Of a stretch of 64,000 bases of DNA, positions 62,355-64,000 are shown one piece after another (position 1 is the first letter of the stretch; every line of letters begins with the position of its first letter). The translations under genes and the position numbers were made by a program. This stretch comes from Calditrichaceae bacterium (GTDB taxonomy: Bacteria > Calditrichota > Calditrichia > Calditrichales > JBFXGD01). Location of the stretch: positions 16,721 to 80,720 of the forward strand of contig JBFXLE010000020.1 of assembly GCA_050173015.1 (NCBI GenBank), written 5' to 3'. A model generated the notes under the pieces. It was not told where the DNA came from. It did not search any database and was given only the letters and a program-made list of their open reading frames with translations.

Positions 62355-63068
62355 TTAATGAACCATTCCTAAGCTCAGGGCTAAAAAGCCAAAAGCTCCA
62401 AATATAAAGTGAACAATAATAGCAATTGTAGTATTTTTTCTAATTTGAACAATTGCAGGTAGAATAAAAAAAATAGGAGTAGACGCAAAAATCAAATCTA
62501 AACCCATTGGCAAATGCCAAAGTGCCCACAAAATGCCATGAACAAACCAAGTCCAATGATTATTGAGAAGTTCCTGTCTTGGCTGAATATAGCCTCTCCA
62601 TAAAAATTCTTCACCAAATATGTTGAAAAAAAAGAAAAAAGGCCAAACATATAAAATCCAAAAAAATTCATCATTTAATGGCATGTTTTGAAAGAAAAAA
62701 GGAGTAGCATCAATACCAAATTTCGGCATAAAAATTTTAGCAATAATAAAAGATGTAACTACTAGAAGGAGAAAGGTTGATATAGTCCATAATAAATCTG
62801 ATGGAGAAAGCTTTTTAATCCTCATTCTAGTAAGTAGATCTCTCAATTTATATGAGCCAACATCTCGACCACATAAATATAAAGCTCCAAAAAACATTGG
62901 CATCAAGACAATAATACCAACACTAAGAAAGTAAGTTATTTCAATTGGTAAAATTTGCTGCCTGTTGATAATTGGTATTACGATTTGGGAAGCGAAATAA
63001 TTTAAAATAGTCGGTATGCCAAATAACAATATCAAATCTGGCCACTTAGTCTTTTTTAATTCTTTCAC
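62355..63068 (-). CDS. cassette gene: CPBP/CAAX intramembrane protease (Abi family)
   Basis: GEEFLWRG; WALWH; AIIVH. Confidence 0.88.
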   Translation of the reverse strand: MKELKKTKWPDLILLFGIPTILNYFASQIVIPIINRQQILPIEITYFLSVGIIVLMPMFFGALYLCGRDVGSYKLRDLLTRMRIKKLSPSDLLWTISTFLLLVVTSFIIAKIFMPKFGIDATPFFFQNMPLNDEFFWILYVWPFFFFFNIFGEEFLWRGYIQPRQELLNNHWTWFVHGILWALWHLPMGLDLIFASTPIFFILPAIVQIRKNTTIAIIVHFIFGAFGFLALSLGMVH

Positions 63069-63109
63069 AATTACATATCTTTCAACTTTATTCTAAAAGT
63101 TACTCTGGT

Positions 63110-63527
63110 TGCTAACATATTGATCAGATGTCCATCTTAATTATCATTTTATTCTGATATTGGAAAACATTTTCTAAATGTAGAAAACTTATTCAAATGT
63201 TAGAAAAGGAAATATTTCCAATATTAGAGAAATTAACCATAGGAAACTATTTGCGCCTCCGATCAATGGAAGGGGGGCATTTTAAGGCACACCCCAAACC
63301 ATACTTTGTTTTTATTCTTTAAACCGGCGTGAGATGATATCCAAATCATAAGCGTCCTTGTCTGAACCATCATCAATTGTCTGCGTTTTCAACGTTTGAA
63401 GCAAAAATAAAAAGGATTAAATAAAAACGCTATCATAGTAAACAAAAGGAATTGAAATTTCAAGAGGCTAATAATTTTCGGATATTTTAGCAAACGATTT
63501 AATCCGTTTCCCCAATCCCGAAGGGAT
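63110..63527 (-). other. putative attI + Pc module, copy 2
   Basis: Near-identical to 59856-60266; core GTTAGCA; promoter TTGAAA-N17-TACTAT at 63435-63463. Confidence 0.7.
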
Positions 63528-63633
63528 TACACGTTAATAAAAAATACAGACCCACATCATCCCGCGACCCCGCAGGGGTCGTAAAATTATGTCCAAATTC
63601 CCGTTCTACAAAGATGTGACGCCGATGGCGTCG
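63511..63633 (-). repeat. inverted copy of the three-hairpin REP unit
   Basis: AATCCCGAAGGGATT-ACACGTTAATA...CGACCCCGCAGGGGTCG...TGACGCCGATGGCGTC, the reverse complement of the 44-45 kb units. Confidence 0.85.
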
Positions 63634-63808
63634 GTCGGCTGATTAAATTGAATTCCCCTCCTGCTAGATTTAGAGAATTCCCGGCGCTGACTGACGCGGA
63701 TTCATCTTTGATTCAATTCATTTATTTTTGTTGTATTTGGTTGAACGGACGGGTGTGTTTTACAGATGATATTTGCATGCCTAGGGCGCCCATATGAGGA
63801 CGCCCCGA

Positions 63809-63866
63809 CTCTTAACTCTTACACTCTTAACTCTTAACGCTCTTAAATTCTTACTTCCTGCTTACG
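63809..63866 (-). repeat. heptamer tract (CTCTTAA)n
   Basis: ctcttaactcttacactcttaactcttaacgctcttaaattcttacttcc. Confidence 0.65.
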
Positions 63867-64000
63867 ACACAAAAACAACCCCCTTAGTCCCCCTTTGGCC
63901 AGGCTGTTGCAAAATCAACTCATGCCAAAGCACTGTTGGGGATTAAAAAGAAATAAAATTTTTCAAGATAACGTATGATTGTTCTTTGACATGAAGTTTT

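Noticed and set aside
59859-63527. The two ~410-bp copies as IS/MITE ends of a composite transposon
   Set aside because: No terminal inverted repeats, target duplication or transposase; the boundary coincides with the integron GTT core instead

Overview
Bacterial chromosomal window of moderate GC; the gene repertoire suggests an FCB-group/Calditrichota-like organism, which is inference only. Bases 1-43.4 kb are mostly ordinary genes: an Oar-type TonB-dependent receptor, convergent saccharopine-pathway genes, a narK-narGHJI nitrate reductase operon whose narG has one in-frame TAA, glgC, pit/DUF47/CYTH, a PAS hybrid kinase, lgt, S46 peptidase, ferritin, a desaturase, merR plus a B12 radical SAM gene, and thyX. 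At 43.7-45.7 kb lies a dense non-coding field of palindromic REP/REPIN-like modules, followed by nth and modA-TOBE-modBC. At 54.4-63.1 kb is a minus-strand integron gene-cassette array with six recognisable attC sites, rich in nuclease and restriction-modification cassettes. The most striking observation is that the array is split into two sub-arrays, each headed by a copy of the same ~410-bp non-coding module. The module starts exactly at a GTT crossover core and carries four phased 14-bp palindromes and a conserved TTGAAA-N17-TAYTAT promoter. It ends in a REP hairpin where an intI gene would normally lie. No integrase is present in the window, so this is a candidate integrase-free, duplicated attI+Pc platform linked to REP elements.
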